The position numbers and the translations under genes were made by a program. Shown here piece after piece: positions 9,084 to 18,993 of a DNA stretch of 64,000 bases. The stretch is from a virus (Duplodnaviria; Caudoviricetes). The notes beneath the pieces are model-generated. The model had not been told where the DNA came from. It saw nothing but the letters and a program-made list of their open reading frames with translations, and searched no databases. The stretch spans positions 732 through 64,731 of IMG/VR virus record IMGVR_UViG_3300030330_003867. The stretch is one strand, 5' to 3'. How positions within the stretch are numbered: the stretch's first letter is position 1; every line of letters starts with the position of its first letter.

Positions 9084-11282
9084 TTAAATCATCTCCTTTA
9101 TTTCTGAGTATTTTGCCGCTCGCATATCATCCTTTTCGTTGCGGGCGAGTGTGTTGTTCCATGCGGAAGCCCATGCGTTCCATGCCTTCTCGTATAGGTT
9201 TTCATCGGTTTCAACCAATTTTCCGTTTAGGTAGTTTGCTACTACTGCGGTTGGGGCTGGTTCTGATGCTTCCACTACTGTCTCAGAAGCAACGGCTTCT
9301 TCAACAGGCTTCATTTCAACAGGTTCGGGGGTTGGGTGTGCCTCAACCCACGAAGCAATCAAACCTCTTAGCGTTTCAGTTGAAAGGTCTTCGTGGCCCT
9401 TCATACCCATTTCGCTTGCCTCAGTTACGAGAACCTGTCGCTCATCTTCTGCTCTTGCTTCGTCTGCTGCTTCAAATTCAGCAACACGACTGTTAGCAAG
9501 AACGACTTGAGCCTTCAAGTCTTCGATTTGAGAAGCGAGGGCTTCCATTTCGTTTGTATCTTCAATAATCTCATCAGTCATAATCTTCACCGATTGTTGT
9601 TCTTCGTCAGAAGCCGAGTGATATTTAATGGTTGTCTGTGCTTCAACCCTTTTTACGCTTTCTATGTTGGCTTCATTGTATGCCGGTTTATGCACGATAG
9701 CCAAATGGTCGAAGGTAAAATCTTCCCCAAAGACTAAACCATCATCGTCTGCCTTTACAGGCACACCCGACCCACCAATACTTACGCCATACCCTGCTCT
9801 TAACCAAAGGCCGGATTCTAATGCTTCAAATAATTCTGTTCTCACAACATGAGCGGCGTATCTAACAATGTAACCTTTTTCTCTTTCTTCAAAGGTTGCT
9901 TCTGTAATATATCCTATAACGGCTTCATCAATGTCGCCTTTCATGTTGCGAGTAAAGCCACCACGCGATGTAGCCTTTGGGTGATTTAGTGTTAAATCAG
10001 AATCAACCATTTGCTCGGCAACAAATTGCGCTCCTTCTTTTGTTAAGGACCATTTGTTTTTGTTCATGCCTTCATGGAATGCTATTCCTGTAATTTCAAT
10101 AACAGTTTTTCCTGTGGTGGCCTCAAGTATTGCTTCTGCCTTTGAAAACTCTAAATCAAGGGTTACTGCGACCTTTCGACACTCACCATCAATCAATTCT
10201 TCATCAACATTACAAATTTGAGAAGCATAACGCCCTTTCTTTTTTTCTTCGTCCTCATCGTAAGCATATCTTTTATATCTGCTAAAAGATGCGTTATGGT
10301 CGTCTTCATCGTGGGGTTCATCTTGGTCTTTAAATTTATGGCCTTCGTGTGCTTTCATACATTCTTCTTTTGTATAATTCATAGCCATACATCGAGTCAT
10401 ATATTCTTCATGTGTTTCATCACTTTTAGGAGTAGGTTCTGCCGCCACCACACTATCTTCGCAGCCACAACCGCACGAATCTTCGGATGCTTTTTTGCTT
10501 TTTCTTGGGTGGCCGCTTGGTAGTAAATCGTTGTCTTGTGTGTATTTAGAATTAGACGGACTACCGCTTCTTACTAATTTCAAAAAGGCATTTACTCTCG
10601 CCATAGACCATGCGGCTCTTGATACTCCGGGTCGGTGGGATGTGGAATATGCGCCAGCACCCCTACGATATACTGCTTTTAACATACCCAAAGTTACCTT
10701 TCTCTTAGATTTTTTGTTATGTTCTGCTACCTTTTTCTTTAGGGAGTTAGTTACAGACTCTCCAAACGTAACTTTTCCGCCGGGTTTTGCTGAACCGGGT
10801 TTATTTTTCTTTGAGCCTTTTCTTCGGTCTTTTGGTGGGGCTGGTGTTGAGCGCGGGTCTTCTGCCGCAGATTTTTCTTGTATCATACAATGTTCTCCTT
10901 TTACGCAATATTCTTCATCTTCACATTCTGAGCATACTGAGTATGCCGCCTCAACCTTTTTACCGCCGCGCCATTGTCTGCAAGACCAATAACGAGCCTT
11001 GTATTTAGGTCCGGGATTGTCGCAGTTATGTCTGTCGCGAAAAGCCTTTCTCCTTTTTGGGTCATCTCTCTTTATTTCCATGTTAGGGTCGCCAAATCTT
11101 ACAAGAACGACATTACCTTTTTCATTTTTCGTATAGACACCAAATTTCTTAGGACCGCCCTGTGTTCGGAACGGTTTGTTTAATGTTACTGAACGGCCTT
11201 GATATTCTGCCGCTTCAACATCTATTTCTTCCCAATCTTCATAGGCGACTACTTCTCCGCCACAACCACAACCGCAAGACAT
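9084..11282 (-). CDS. Multi-domain prohead protease/scaffold polyprotein (732 aa)
   Basis: HK97-type protease region (ITGIAFHEG.NKN.W, LTLNHP, GVSIGG, FDHLAIVHKPAY), C-terminal acidic coiled-coil scaffold, and N-terminal basic modules (RFGDPNMEIKRDDPKRRKAFRDRHNC; LKAVYRRGAGAYSTSHRPG). Confidence 0.8.
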   Translation of the reverse strand: MSCGCGCGGEVVAYEDWEEIDVEAAEYQGRSVTLNKPFRTQGGPKKFGVYTKNEKGNVVLVRFGDPNMEIKRDDPKRRKAFRDRHNCDNPGPKYKARYWSCRQWRGGKKVEAAYSVCSECEDEEYCVKGEHCMIQEKSAAEDPRSTPAPPKDRRKGSKKNKPGSAKPGGKVTFGESVTNSLKKKVAEHNKKSKRKVTLGMLKAVYRRGAGAYSTSHRPGVSRAAWSMARVNAFLKLVRSGSPSNSKYTQDNDLLPSGHPRKSKKASEDSCGCGCEDSVVAAEPTPKSDETHEEYMTRCMAMNYTKEECMKAHEGHKFKDQDEPHDEDDHNASFSRYKRYAYDEDEEKKKGRYASQICNVDEELIDGECRKVAVTLDLEFSKAEAILEATTGKTVIEITGIAFHEGMNKNKWSLTKEGAQFVAEQMVDSDLTLNHPKATSRGGFTRNMKGDIDEAVIGYITEATFEEREKGYIVRYAAHVVRTELFEALESGLWLRAGYGVSIGGSGVPVKADDDGLVFGEDFTFDHLAIVHKPAYNEANIESVKRVEAQTTIKYHSASDEEQQSVKIMTDEIIEDTNEMEALASQIEDLKAQVVLANSRVAEFEAADEARAEDERQVLVTEASEMGMKGHEDLSTETLRGLIASWVEAHPTPEPVEMKPVEEAVASETVVEASEPAPTAVVANYLNGKLVETDENLYEKAWNAWASAWNNTLARNEKDDMRAAKYSEIKEMI

Positions 11283-11314
11283 TGGCCTCGCCTTAAAAAT
11301 AGTGATTTATTAAA

Positions 11315-11452
11315 TTATTCCGGCTTATCTGCGTATCTGTTGCATACAGCATAACGCTGACTTGAATTAGGAAACTCTTTATTCATTTTACCATCAGACA
11401 TACAACGGCTCATAAAGTCCGAGCGTTTTTCAGTCATTTTTCTTGTCGGCAG
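11315..11452 (-). CDS. 45-aa microprotein (CTG start, or ATG at 11437), not in the ORF track
   Basis: [L/M]PTRKMTEKRSDFMSRCMSDGKMNKEFPNSSQRYAVCNRYADKPE; GGTGA 4 nt upstream of the CTG; resembles an internal module of the protease gene. Confidence 0.6.
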   Translation of the reverse strand: MPTRKMTEKRSDFMSRCMSDGKMNKEFPNSSQRYAVCNRYADKPE

Positions 11453-11456
11453 TTAC

Positions 11457-11543
11457 TCACCATCCTTTTGAGGATAAATAACGCTCGATAAAGTATGAGA
11501 TGAATCCAACGATAGTAAGAAATAAGAGGTGTTCATACATCAT
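11457..11543 (-). CDS. 28-aa single-TM peptide, not in the ORF track
   Basis: MMYEHLLFLTIVGFISYFIERYLSSKGW; start overlaps the upstream stop. Confidence 0.5.
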   Translation of the reverse strand: MMYEHLLFLTIVGFISYFIERYLSSKGW

Positions 11544-11959
11544 TCGCCCTTCTTTGCGCCTTTCTTACCGTTAGTAATTTGGAAGGCTTCCATGTCGAGG
11601 CTGTGTTGCTTTTGCATCTTCTCCATGTCGAGGTCGTGCTTTAGTTTAAGTTCTTCAAGCATTCGTGTGTGTGTTTCAAGTGCTTCTGTTGCCGCTACAT
11701 TACTTGCGAGTTGTTCCGGCAAAACATTGATTTTAGCAGATTCTTTGCCCTTAAACAAATCAAGAACAGATGTAATGATTAGTAGTGCCGGACCACCAAG
11801 AAGACCGATAACCGTTAGTTGTGAGTCTGTGATGTCGCGTTCTTCAACGATAGAGAAATACGAAGCAGTAGCCGCGATAACTACCCATGCTAAAACTACG
11901 CCCATACCGAAAGTTAGCATTAGTGCCTCGTTAGGATTGCTCATTTTCATTGGCTTCAT
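11540..11959 (-). CDS. Two-TM membrane protein with C-terminal coiled coil (holin-like candidate)
   Basis: Two hydrophobic helices and a basic C-terminus. Start moved to MKPMK at 11959 because GGTGA lies 6-7 nt upstream; the ORF track extends to 12103. Confidence 0.55.
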   Translation of the reverse strand: MKPMKMSNPNEALMLTFGMGVVLAWVVIAATASYFSIVEERDITDSQLTVIGLLGGPALLIITSVLDLFKGKESAKINVLPEQLASNVAATEALETHTRMLEELKLKHDLDMEKMQKQHSLDMEAFQITNGKKGAKKGE

Positions 11960-12050
11960 ATTTTTCTCACCCATCAGTTGTTTTATCAATGTTTCAACAA
12001 TAATCACTAAAATTAACCCGTAAAGAAAGGGTATTAACGGTAGGAGAAAA

Positions 12051-13445
12051 TTATTCGATAACATCAGAAGGTCCTTGTTGTGAATTTTCTCTCGGTAATT
12101 CACCTGTGCCTACTGAACCATCTTTTCTTTGCTCACCACTTCGCCCTGCGCTTGGTAGGTTAAGAATTTCTAACGATTGATTTAGTGTGAGAATGCCGGA
12201 CTGATAACCCAACGATACTCTTTGCATTGTGTTTAGTGGGGTTTCGGTATCCATAGCGTCAAAGATAATTGTTGGTAAGTCTTGCTTGCGGTGTTCAATT
12301 CCTAACAATTCAAGATGTAGCGAGAATAGCCCCATAACTGCATCTGAAAGTATGCGGTGCATACGGGATATAGCACCGACCGCCCATAGGTTTGCGTTGT
12401 ATGTTGCGGCAAAGGTTGAACCCCGCTCTTGACCTGCGGCTACTCTCGGCACTTGAAGAACGGCGGCAATATCGCCATTTACTGCATCGAGAAATTCATT
12501 ACTGTTTGGTATGGTGTTTTCCAAATCAACATGGTGCAATTGAACATAATGCGGTAGGACAGGTATTTGGTCGCCACGCAAACCCTCAAACAATGAGATA
12601 ACTTCATCCATAATATGAACGAGTCTTTCTTGTTGCTCGGCAGGGTCTTGTATATGCTCAATAGCAGATTTGTCTATTGTTACATACTGCTTAGTCATAG
12701 CGTCTTCAAGAGATAGCCTGTTATTCATCGTGTTATACTTCATGCGTATTGCTTGTTTTAGAGAAGTAAATCGGGATGCGCCCCATATACCATAGGTTTT
12801 ACGGCCTTTGTTATCAACAAACCAATTACTGCGATAATCAATTCGTATGTGCATGATTTCGTTTGCCGGAAATTCTGCTTCGGTTAATTTTGTTTCGCGT
12901 AGCATATATGTTACCGGCCTTGTTATCGGCGTATCTTCATCGGCTACGAAGTAAGAACCAAGCCCGCCGCGCTCATCAACAATTGTGATTTGCTTTACGG
13001 GTAGGCTTTGTAGGTTTGTGATACCGACTCCGGCTTTACCAACAATTTTATTTATGTCGTTACCATACACCATCAGGCCACGCATAGCGTTGATTAGGAA
13101 ATCGTCAAAGTCTAATTCGCTTTCTTCGACTAATTCTCTAATCGCATTTCGGATGCGAGCGTTTTTGCCGCGTGAATAATTAATTTCGTAATTGTTTGCA
13201 GTTAGTGATACTGCACGAACCGCACCGTTCAATTCGGGGTCTAACTTTAACATCGAATCATACAAGTCAAATTCGTTATCAAAATTGCTATCGGTTCTTA
13301 TCTTCTCAGTATCACGGACAATATCGGGTATTCCTGCCGCTACTGAAAACGATTTGTTAGTGGGTAATCTCTTTGTTTGCGCTACCACCGGCTCTTTCTT
13401 TTGAAAAGACCGGAAGAAGGGAAAACGCCTTCGCTCATCAGCCAT
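12051..13445 (-). CDS. Portal protein
   Basis: 464 aa, first gene of the head operon; DPELNGAVR, IMHIR, YG.WG.S, I.AVLQVP and ILTLNQSLEIL motifs of HK97-type portals. Confidence 0.85.
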   Translation of the reverse strand: MADERRRFPFFRSFQKKEPVVAQTKRLPTNKSFSVAAGIPDIVRDTEKIRTDSNFDNEFDLYDSMLKLDPELNGAVRAVSLTANNYEINYSRGKNARIRNAIRELVEESELDFDDFLINAMRGLMVYGNDINKIVGKAGVGITNLQSLPVKQITIVDERGGLGSYFVADEDTPITRPVTYMLRETKLTEAEFPANEIMHIRIDYRSNWFVDNKGRKTYGIWGASRFTSLKQAIRMKYNTMNNRLSLEDAMTKQYVTIDKSAIEHIQDPAEQQERLVHIMDEVISLFEGLRGDQIPVLPHYVQLHHVDLENTIPNSNEFLDAVNGDIAAVLQVPRVAAGQERGSTFAATYNANLWAVGAISRMHRILSDAVMGLFSLHLELLGIEHRKQDLPTIIFDAMDTETPLNTMQRVSLGYQSGILTLNQSLEILNLPSAGRSGEQRKDGSVGTGELPRENSQQGPSDVIE

Positions 13446-13735
13446 ATTTACAAGGTGTGTCGCCTATCGTATAAAGGTTGGTTTTATTTATTTTTATGTT
13501 TTTGCGACTTTTAGAAAGAATAAAACGCTTTACTGCGGATTTATTGGTTATTTATTTTATTTCTTCAAAGGCAGTTATAGGGGTTAGAGGGAATCATCTA
13601 TCTCTTTGAAGAAAAAAAAGAATAACGATAATCGTTTTACTGCGCCCCGTTTATTTTTTCTGACGGCTAAAAAAACATTAAATTAAATTATAATATAACC
13701 TAACCTTTAATAAATACCCGAACATCGTTAGTTTC
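13446..13735. promoter_or_regulatory. Divergent late promoter region (portal <- -> phosphoesterase/terminase)
   Basis: AT-rich; TTTATA about 30 nt before the portal ATG on the minus strand and TTTAATAA about 30 nt before 13736 on the plus strand; two copies of TTTACTGCG at about 13529 and 13636. Confidence 0.6.
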
Positions 13736-15145
13736 ATGGGGAAACGCTATCACGGTGGAGAAGACCTTATCGCCCAACACATAAACAAAGGATTCGCAAA
13801 TGATAAAGAATTTGCAGTATTTCTGAACGAATTAGAACCAAGACGTTCTATTGACTCTTGGCGTATCAAAGTCGGCAGGTATCGCAAGGCTAACCCATAC
13901 AAACAATCTTCTGATGAAACAATACATACATACTATGACGAAGGTAAAGACTGTTATTTGACTTTCTTATCACATATTGATAACATATTAGTCATTAGTG
14001 GTGAAGACCATAGAAATATGCGCCGCTCTTATTCTAATGAAGGCGGCGGTTTAACCATTGATGAAATGTGCGCTGAGTATGAAATGGATAGCATTACAAT
14101 GTCTGCCTATATACGCGCATACAATTGGAAACACACCATGAATCCTTTGACCGATGAAGAAATCACTTTGAAGGAAACATCAAGACTTGTTCAAGACTAC
14201 CTAACAATCAAGCGTCAAGAAGTAGTCCTAAAGGCACAGAAGCAATTGAAAAAAGACTTAGAGGCTGACGCAACGGCATGGAGAGAGTTTAGACATACTA
14301 TCTATGACGATTTCCAAACCATTGTGCCGAAGATTAAATCAACGGCTAAAAAACCTAAGACTAAGGCCGCACACGAATATGCTCTTGTCTTATCCCCCAC
14401 CGACCTTCACTTTGGGAAATACGGTTGGAAGGATGAAGTCGGCGAAGAATACGACATGAATATTGCTAAAGAGCGACTTATCGCAAGCACCGAAGCACTA
14501 CTAACTCGACTACCACACCTGCCGGAAAAGATAATCCTAACTGCTGGTAGCGATTGGTTTCATGTTGATAACGACAACGGCACTACAACCAAAGGCACAC
14601 CGCAAGATACCGATGCGACACCTGCTGAAATCTTGATGAAGGGTTGCTCTTTGGCTCGTCAACATATTGATATGCTAAGAAAGGTAGCACCCGTTGATGT
14701 AGTCCTAATGGCCGGTAATCACGACAGGCATACTTCTCTTATGCTTATGATGTATCTTGAAGCGGCATACGAACAATGCGAAGATGTATCAGTAGTAATC
14801 AGCCCTCAATCACGACAATATGTGCAGTATGGCAACAACCTGCTCGGATTTACTCACGGTGATAAGGTTCGACTTAATACGCTACCTGCTATTATGTCTA
14901 ACGAGCAAAGACAGGCATGGGGCGAATGTCGTAATCATGTATGGTTTCACGGACATTTACATCATCTCAAGATTGCCGACACAAACGGTGCTACCGTAAT
15001 TCAATTGCCGAGTCTTAGCGGCCACGATAGATACCACGCTCGTTCCGGCTATGTTATGGAACGCAAAGGTCTGTGCGGCCACATGATAGACAAGACTCTC
15101 GGTGTAGTGGGTAACTTCTTCATACCGGTGGTAAAGGATGAGTAA
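13736..15145 (+). CDS. Calcineurin-like metallophosphoesterase with N-terminal HTH region
   Basis: DLHFG, GSDWFH, AGNHD, FTHGD and FHGHLH motifs. Confidence 0.85.
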   Translation: MGKRYHGGEDLIAQHINKGFANDKEFAVFLNELEPRRSIDSWRIKVGRYRKANPYKQSSDETIHTYYDEGKDCYLTFLSHIDNILVISGEDHRNMRRSYSNEGGGLTIDEMCAEYEMDSITMSAYIRAYNWKHTMNPLTDEEITLKETSRLVQDYLTIKRQEVVLKAQKQLKKDLEADATAWREFRHTIYDDFQTIVPKIKSTAKKPKTKAAHEYALVLSPTDLHFGKYGWKDEVGEEYDMNIAKERLIASTEALLTRLPHLPEKIILTAGSDWFHVDNDNGTTTKGTPQDTDATPAEILMKGCSLARQHIDMLRKVAPVDVVLMAGNHDRHTSLMLMMYLEAAYEQCEDVSVVISPQSRQYVQYGNNLLGFTHGDKVRLNTLPAIMSNEQRQAWGECRNHVWFHGHLHHLKIADTNGATVIQLPSLSGHDRYHARSGYVMERKGLCGHMIDKTLGVVGNFFIPVVKDE

Positions 15146-16634
15146 TACTAATTTTTCTATGGAGAGAAGTAGGAAAGATATTGCCTATTTCTATAAGTGG
15201 CTCGGCTACACATGGGGTAAGCACATTGGAGAATGGATGGACCTATATTCTGATAGAAAGGGCGCATCCGTTCATCGTGTCTGTATTATTGCACCACGCG
15301 ACCATTCCAAATCAACAACCCTTCGTGTTAAATTGTTGCATCAATGCCTTTTTGAAAAAAAGGGTGATGGCTCACCTTTTACCTGTTGGCTTATCTCAGC
15401 GAGTAAAGATACTGCCGCTCAAAGGCTTGAGGAAATACGAGCCGACCTAAAGAAGCACCCACAGTTAAGAAAATACATTAGCCCCTCTAAGGGCAACAAA
15501 TTAGAATTGCATTTTACCAACGGCGCATGGATTCGTGCTACATCTGTTGGTTCTGCAATTCGTGGGGCGCATCCTGCTTGTGTAGCATTTGACGATGTGT
15601 TGGTTGATTCAGACGATACGAACCCTAAAGCCCTGCAATCATGGTATAAGAAAGCAATTATCCCTATGTTAAGCCCCGATTCGTGGTTTTACTGCGTAGG
15701 AACCCCAATGAGTATGGTTGATTTATACCACACGGAAATGTTAGACAACCCCGTTTGGAAATCAGCCGTGTATTCCGCTATCACTAACTATGACGAATGG
15801 CGAGCAAGCGATGGCGAAATAAAACCCGAAGTCCTTTGGGAAGAATATCGAAGTGCTGATTATCTCCTTGAGCAACGAGAAGGCATGGGTGAATTGGCTT
15901 TTGTGCAGGAGTATTTGTGCAGGGTTATTGATGACGAAGCCGCAGTATATCCGAGAGAGTTAGTTAGAAAACATCTCAACATGGATGATGTATTTCAAAC
16001 AGAAAAAGATGATAACTGCAAGTATAGCATTGGGTTTGACCCCGCACACGGTTTAGGAAAGGACTTTTCAGTTATGGTTGTCCTCAAGCAAGACCAAGAG
16101 GGCTTCATCCACTTTGTAAATATGTGGCGGCGTAATGATTTCCCACCCGACAGACAAGCAGACATGATTATCGAATGGAATAAGAGATATGGTTATCCTG
16201 CCTTCGCATCCGAAGATGTAGGATTCCAACAATTATACAAGAGCCTTATTGAGCAAAAGAATGCAAATGTGGATTATCGCGGTAGCAAAGTTAGCAACCG
16301 CACACTAAAGCAGGGAATACTCAATAGACTTCGTGTTTGGTTTGAGCGCGAGTTAATTATATTCCCATACGGCGACCATAATACACGAATGCAAGTGAAT
16401 ACTCTCTTTGACGAATTAGAAACACACGCATGGAAAAACGGTCTTATTGAAGACTTAGGAAAACATAACGATTGTGTAATGGCTTTTGCACACGCAATAG
16501 ACCAATTTACTGCTAAGGGATTTGAAATGCCCGTTATTATGAAAAAGGCAGAAGCCGGAGAATGGCTCGGTGGTAGTGGGTCTAAAATAAATCGAAACTC
16601 AAAAGGTATAGGCGGAAAGGTGATTAACAGATGA
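15138..16634 (+). CDS. terL: Terminase large subunit
   Basis: Walker A APRDHSKST, Walker B VAFDDV, coupling motif VGTP, RNase H-like IGFDPAHG..DFS and HNDCVMA. Confidence 0.93.
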   Translation: MSNTNFSMERSRKDIAYFYKWLGYTWGKHIGEWMDLYSDRKGASVHRVCIIAPRDHSKSTTLRVKLLHQCLFEKKGDGSPFTCWLISASKDTAAQRLEEIRADLKKHPQLRKYISPSKGNKLELHFTNGAWIRATSVGSAIRGAHPACVAFDDVLVDSDDTNPKALQSWYKKAIIPMLSPDSWFYCVGTPMSMVDLYHTEMLDNPVWKSAVYSAITNYDEWRASDGEIKPEVLWEEYRSADYLLEQREGMGELAFVQEYLCRVIDDEAAVYPRELVRKHLNMDDVFQTEKDDNCKYSIGFDPAHGLGKDFSVMVVLKQDQEGFIHFVNMWRRNDFPPDRQADMIIEWNKRYGYPAFASEDVGFQQLYKSLIEQKNANVDYRGSKVSNRTLKQGILNRLRVWFERELIIFPYGDHNTRMQVNTLFDELETHAWKNGLIEDLGKHNDCVMAFAHAIDQFTAKGFEMPVIMKKAEAGEWLGGSGSKINRNSKGIGGKVINR

Positions 16635-16918
16635 GAACAAAATTCGGACCGAAGACAAGAAAACAATTAGCAAACGAAGCAGTAAGAAGACTCTTTGACG
16701 AGGGCTACTTTGACGAATGGCGATTAGCGCGAGAAATCTCCGCCGAAATCAGCAAAAACATTCCGAAGTATTGGGGGCAATTCCGACCCGAAGCCGTGAG
16801 ATTCGCATTATTACGAAGTAAATTACCACTTGAAACACGCAACAAGCACCAAAGACTTCAATGGCGAGCCAACGAGGGGAATGAGGGAGTCGGCCCAAAC
16901 ATAGATGAGCAAAAGTGA
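16631..16918 (+). CDS. Hypothetical protein, possible wHTH
   Basis: Start overlaps the terL stop; 95 aa, basic. Confidence 0.5.
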   Translation: MRTKFGPKTRKQLANEAVRRLFDEGYFDEWRLAREISAEISKNIPKYWGQFRPEAVRFALLRSKLPLETRNKHQRLQWRANEGNEGVGPNIDEQK

Positions 16919-17228
16919 TTTTTAAAAATTTTGTAAAAAATTTCGCGTGAGGGTAGCCAACACATCGGCACTCACCGCTCTAATATTTGGCGGCTAATAT
17001 GGCCCTGTCTAAGAGGCGGCGGCTTCTTGTGGTGCTTTGCATCCTGTGAGGGGTTTTCTTGCCCTACGCTTGACGCTACGGTATCAGAAACGGCAAGAGC
17101 GACCGCAACCACCGACCGCCAAATCAAGGTCAAATCAGAATCCTTGAATCTATTGTGAAATCGTAAGTCGTGAATTGAATCAGCAGATGTTAACTTTCAC
17201 ATTTGATTCTGAATTAAGAATCAATGGT

Positions 17229-17261
17229 GGGTGGCCGCAGGTTATCCGCCTACGGCCACCC
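17229..17261 (-). terminator. GC-rich stem-loop just downstream of the 466-aa gene
   Basis: Minus strand GGGTGGCCG-T-AGG/CGGATAA/CCT-G-CGGCCACCC; the U.G wobble works only on the minus strand. Confidence 0.7.
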
Positions 17262-17273
17262 GAAATTTGAGCC

Positions 17274-18674
17274 TCAGTAATCGGTTAGATTTCTGATAGC
17301 GTCAAGCAGGTTAGAACCCGCTTGAGCCTTTTCGTTTCCAGCATCTAAGTGATGACGGATTGTGTTCATTACAATAGCCACATAATCAAGGCCTGTCGAA
17401 TCAATGCCGCGAGCCAATCCGTTGATGTCGTGAACCGCTACCCAACCGAGCATATAGCACATACCCGAAGGTGTCTGAATTGGTATGACCCTTCGCTGAA
17501 TTGACGCTGGTAGGTGAACCGTCTTTGGGATTCCCTTTCTTCTTCCCTTGTGGTCTATGGTGAAAGCATCCGGTTGCGGCTTGTAGCCTTCTCGCTGATT
17601 CACACCCTGTCCGAATTTACCATAGGCAGGATAACCGAGCATTCGGTCAAATGTGGTTGATATTCTCGGAGAGCCGTCGTTCATCTCACAATTGACTAAG
17701 CGGTTTGACTCAATGCCTTTCTCAACCACTTGATAACCTGCATCCTTTGTCTTCTGAATCATCTTGATTGAAGGCAATTTCACAACCGAACCCCAACCAC
17801 CAACAGGTTGAGAATTTGAGCGACCCGAACCAGCGATTCGGAAATCCCAAACGACCGGACCGCCACAGGTCGGACACCTGCAATTCTTTTTGATTTCTTG
17901 AGTATCTTCAACCACAGGTAAGCCCGCATCATCATACAGGGTCTTTGGTGGGTGAAGTCTGTCTCTTGATGCTCGGTTGAAATCTTCTGAGCCTCTTTCA
18001 ACAGGTGGATTCAATGCGACTGACGCACCCATGCCAACACCTCTTACGAATGATTGCACACCCGAAGCGGTTGAGCATAGGTGATGGTAGCACCTTAACC
18101 TGTATTCGTGGCGCATTTGCTGACCTTCGCCGGACTTGTCCGTTTTGCTCCTAACTGTCGAAGTATCATACATCCCCGCCGCATTACTTCGGCGGTCAAT
18201 TGCTGACCTTGTGGTTCTTACAACCTTCAACGGTGAATCAAGGACTTCATAGAGTGCTTCAAGTGTCTTTGATGACTTGACGAACCGAGCCGCCTCATTC
18301 CATCTCTCGTCACTGTCTGTCGAATCCCAATGATGGAGTTTCACAACCTCTCCAACCCTGTCGCCAAATACACCATTCGCCGCCCACTTGTTAGCCGTCT
18401 TAACATCTATCGGGCTACCCCAAATCGGGATGAGGTTCGCATGGTCCTTGATTCGTTGAACAATGGCTTCAACCGTGTTTTTCTTTGTCGTGGTTTTGGG
18501 GTGGTTGTGTAGTAGGCTTTGGCCCAACTCCTTCACCGTCTTTGCTGGTAGGGCCAGCAAGGACTTAACGAAGGTAGGCAACAACGCCCCCAACACCACA
18601 ACCGCAGACGGCGCGTTAAGCGCATCTGCGGCAGTCGTTCTTTCTGCTTCACTTTCTCGTATGACTTCCGTCAT
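17274..18674 (-). CDS. Orphan 466-aa protein with Cys/His motifs
   Basis: Long ORF, TATA-like TCATATAC 28 nt upstream, own terminator; RCYHHLC and CRCPTCGG motifs. Confidence 0.75.
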   Translation of the reverse strand: MTEVIRESEAERTTAADALNAPSAVVVLGALLPTFVKSLLALPAKTVKELGQSLLHNHPKTTTKKNTVEAIVQRIKDHANLIPIWGSPIDVKTANKWAANGVFGDRVGEVVKLHHWDSTDSDERWNEAARFVKSSKTLEALYEVLDSPLKVVRTTRSAIDRRSNAAGMYDTSTVRSKTDKSGEGQQMRHEYRLRCYHHLCSTASGVQSFVRGVGMGASVALNPPVERGSEDFNRASRDRLHPPKTLYDDAGLPVVEDTQEIKKNCRCPTCGGPVVWDFRIAGSGRSNSQPVGGWGSVVKLPSIKMIQKTKDAGYQVVEKGIESNRLVNCEMNDGSPRISTTFDRMLGYPAYGKFGQGVNQREGYKPQPDAFTIDHKGRRKGIPKTVHLPASIQRRVIPIQTPSGMCYMLGWVAVHDINGLARGIDSTGLDYVAIVMNTIRHHLDAGNEKAQAGSNLLDAIRNLTDY

Positions 18675-18993
18675 GCCCCGCCGTTCCTATAGTAGTATAT
18701 GAATACTGAGTTTTGTTACATAAGCCCCGTTTCCGAATTTCCGGCTCGCAGTGCATCGTTTATACCCCTTGAGTCGTTACATAATCGCAATTTTTCTGAA
18801 CGGACTTTTTGCACAACGCGACCCATTTTTTCGGCCCGTTGCTTATATACTCCCTTAGTTACATAATTTCTTGACCTTGAAATTTGGGCTAATTTCGCAG
18901 GTTTCTGATGTTACATAATATCGGTTTCTTAAAAAAGAGCGAAGTTACATAATAGTGATTAATAAAAAAAGGACAAAGTTACATAACTTGGTT

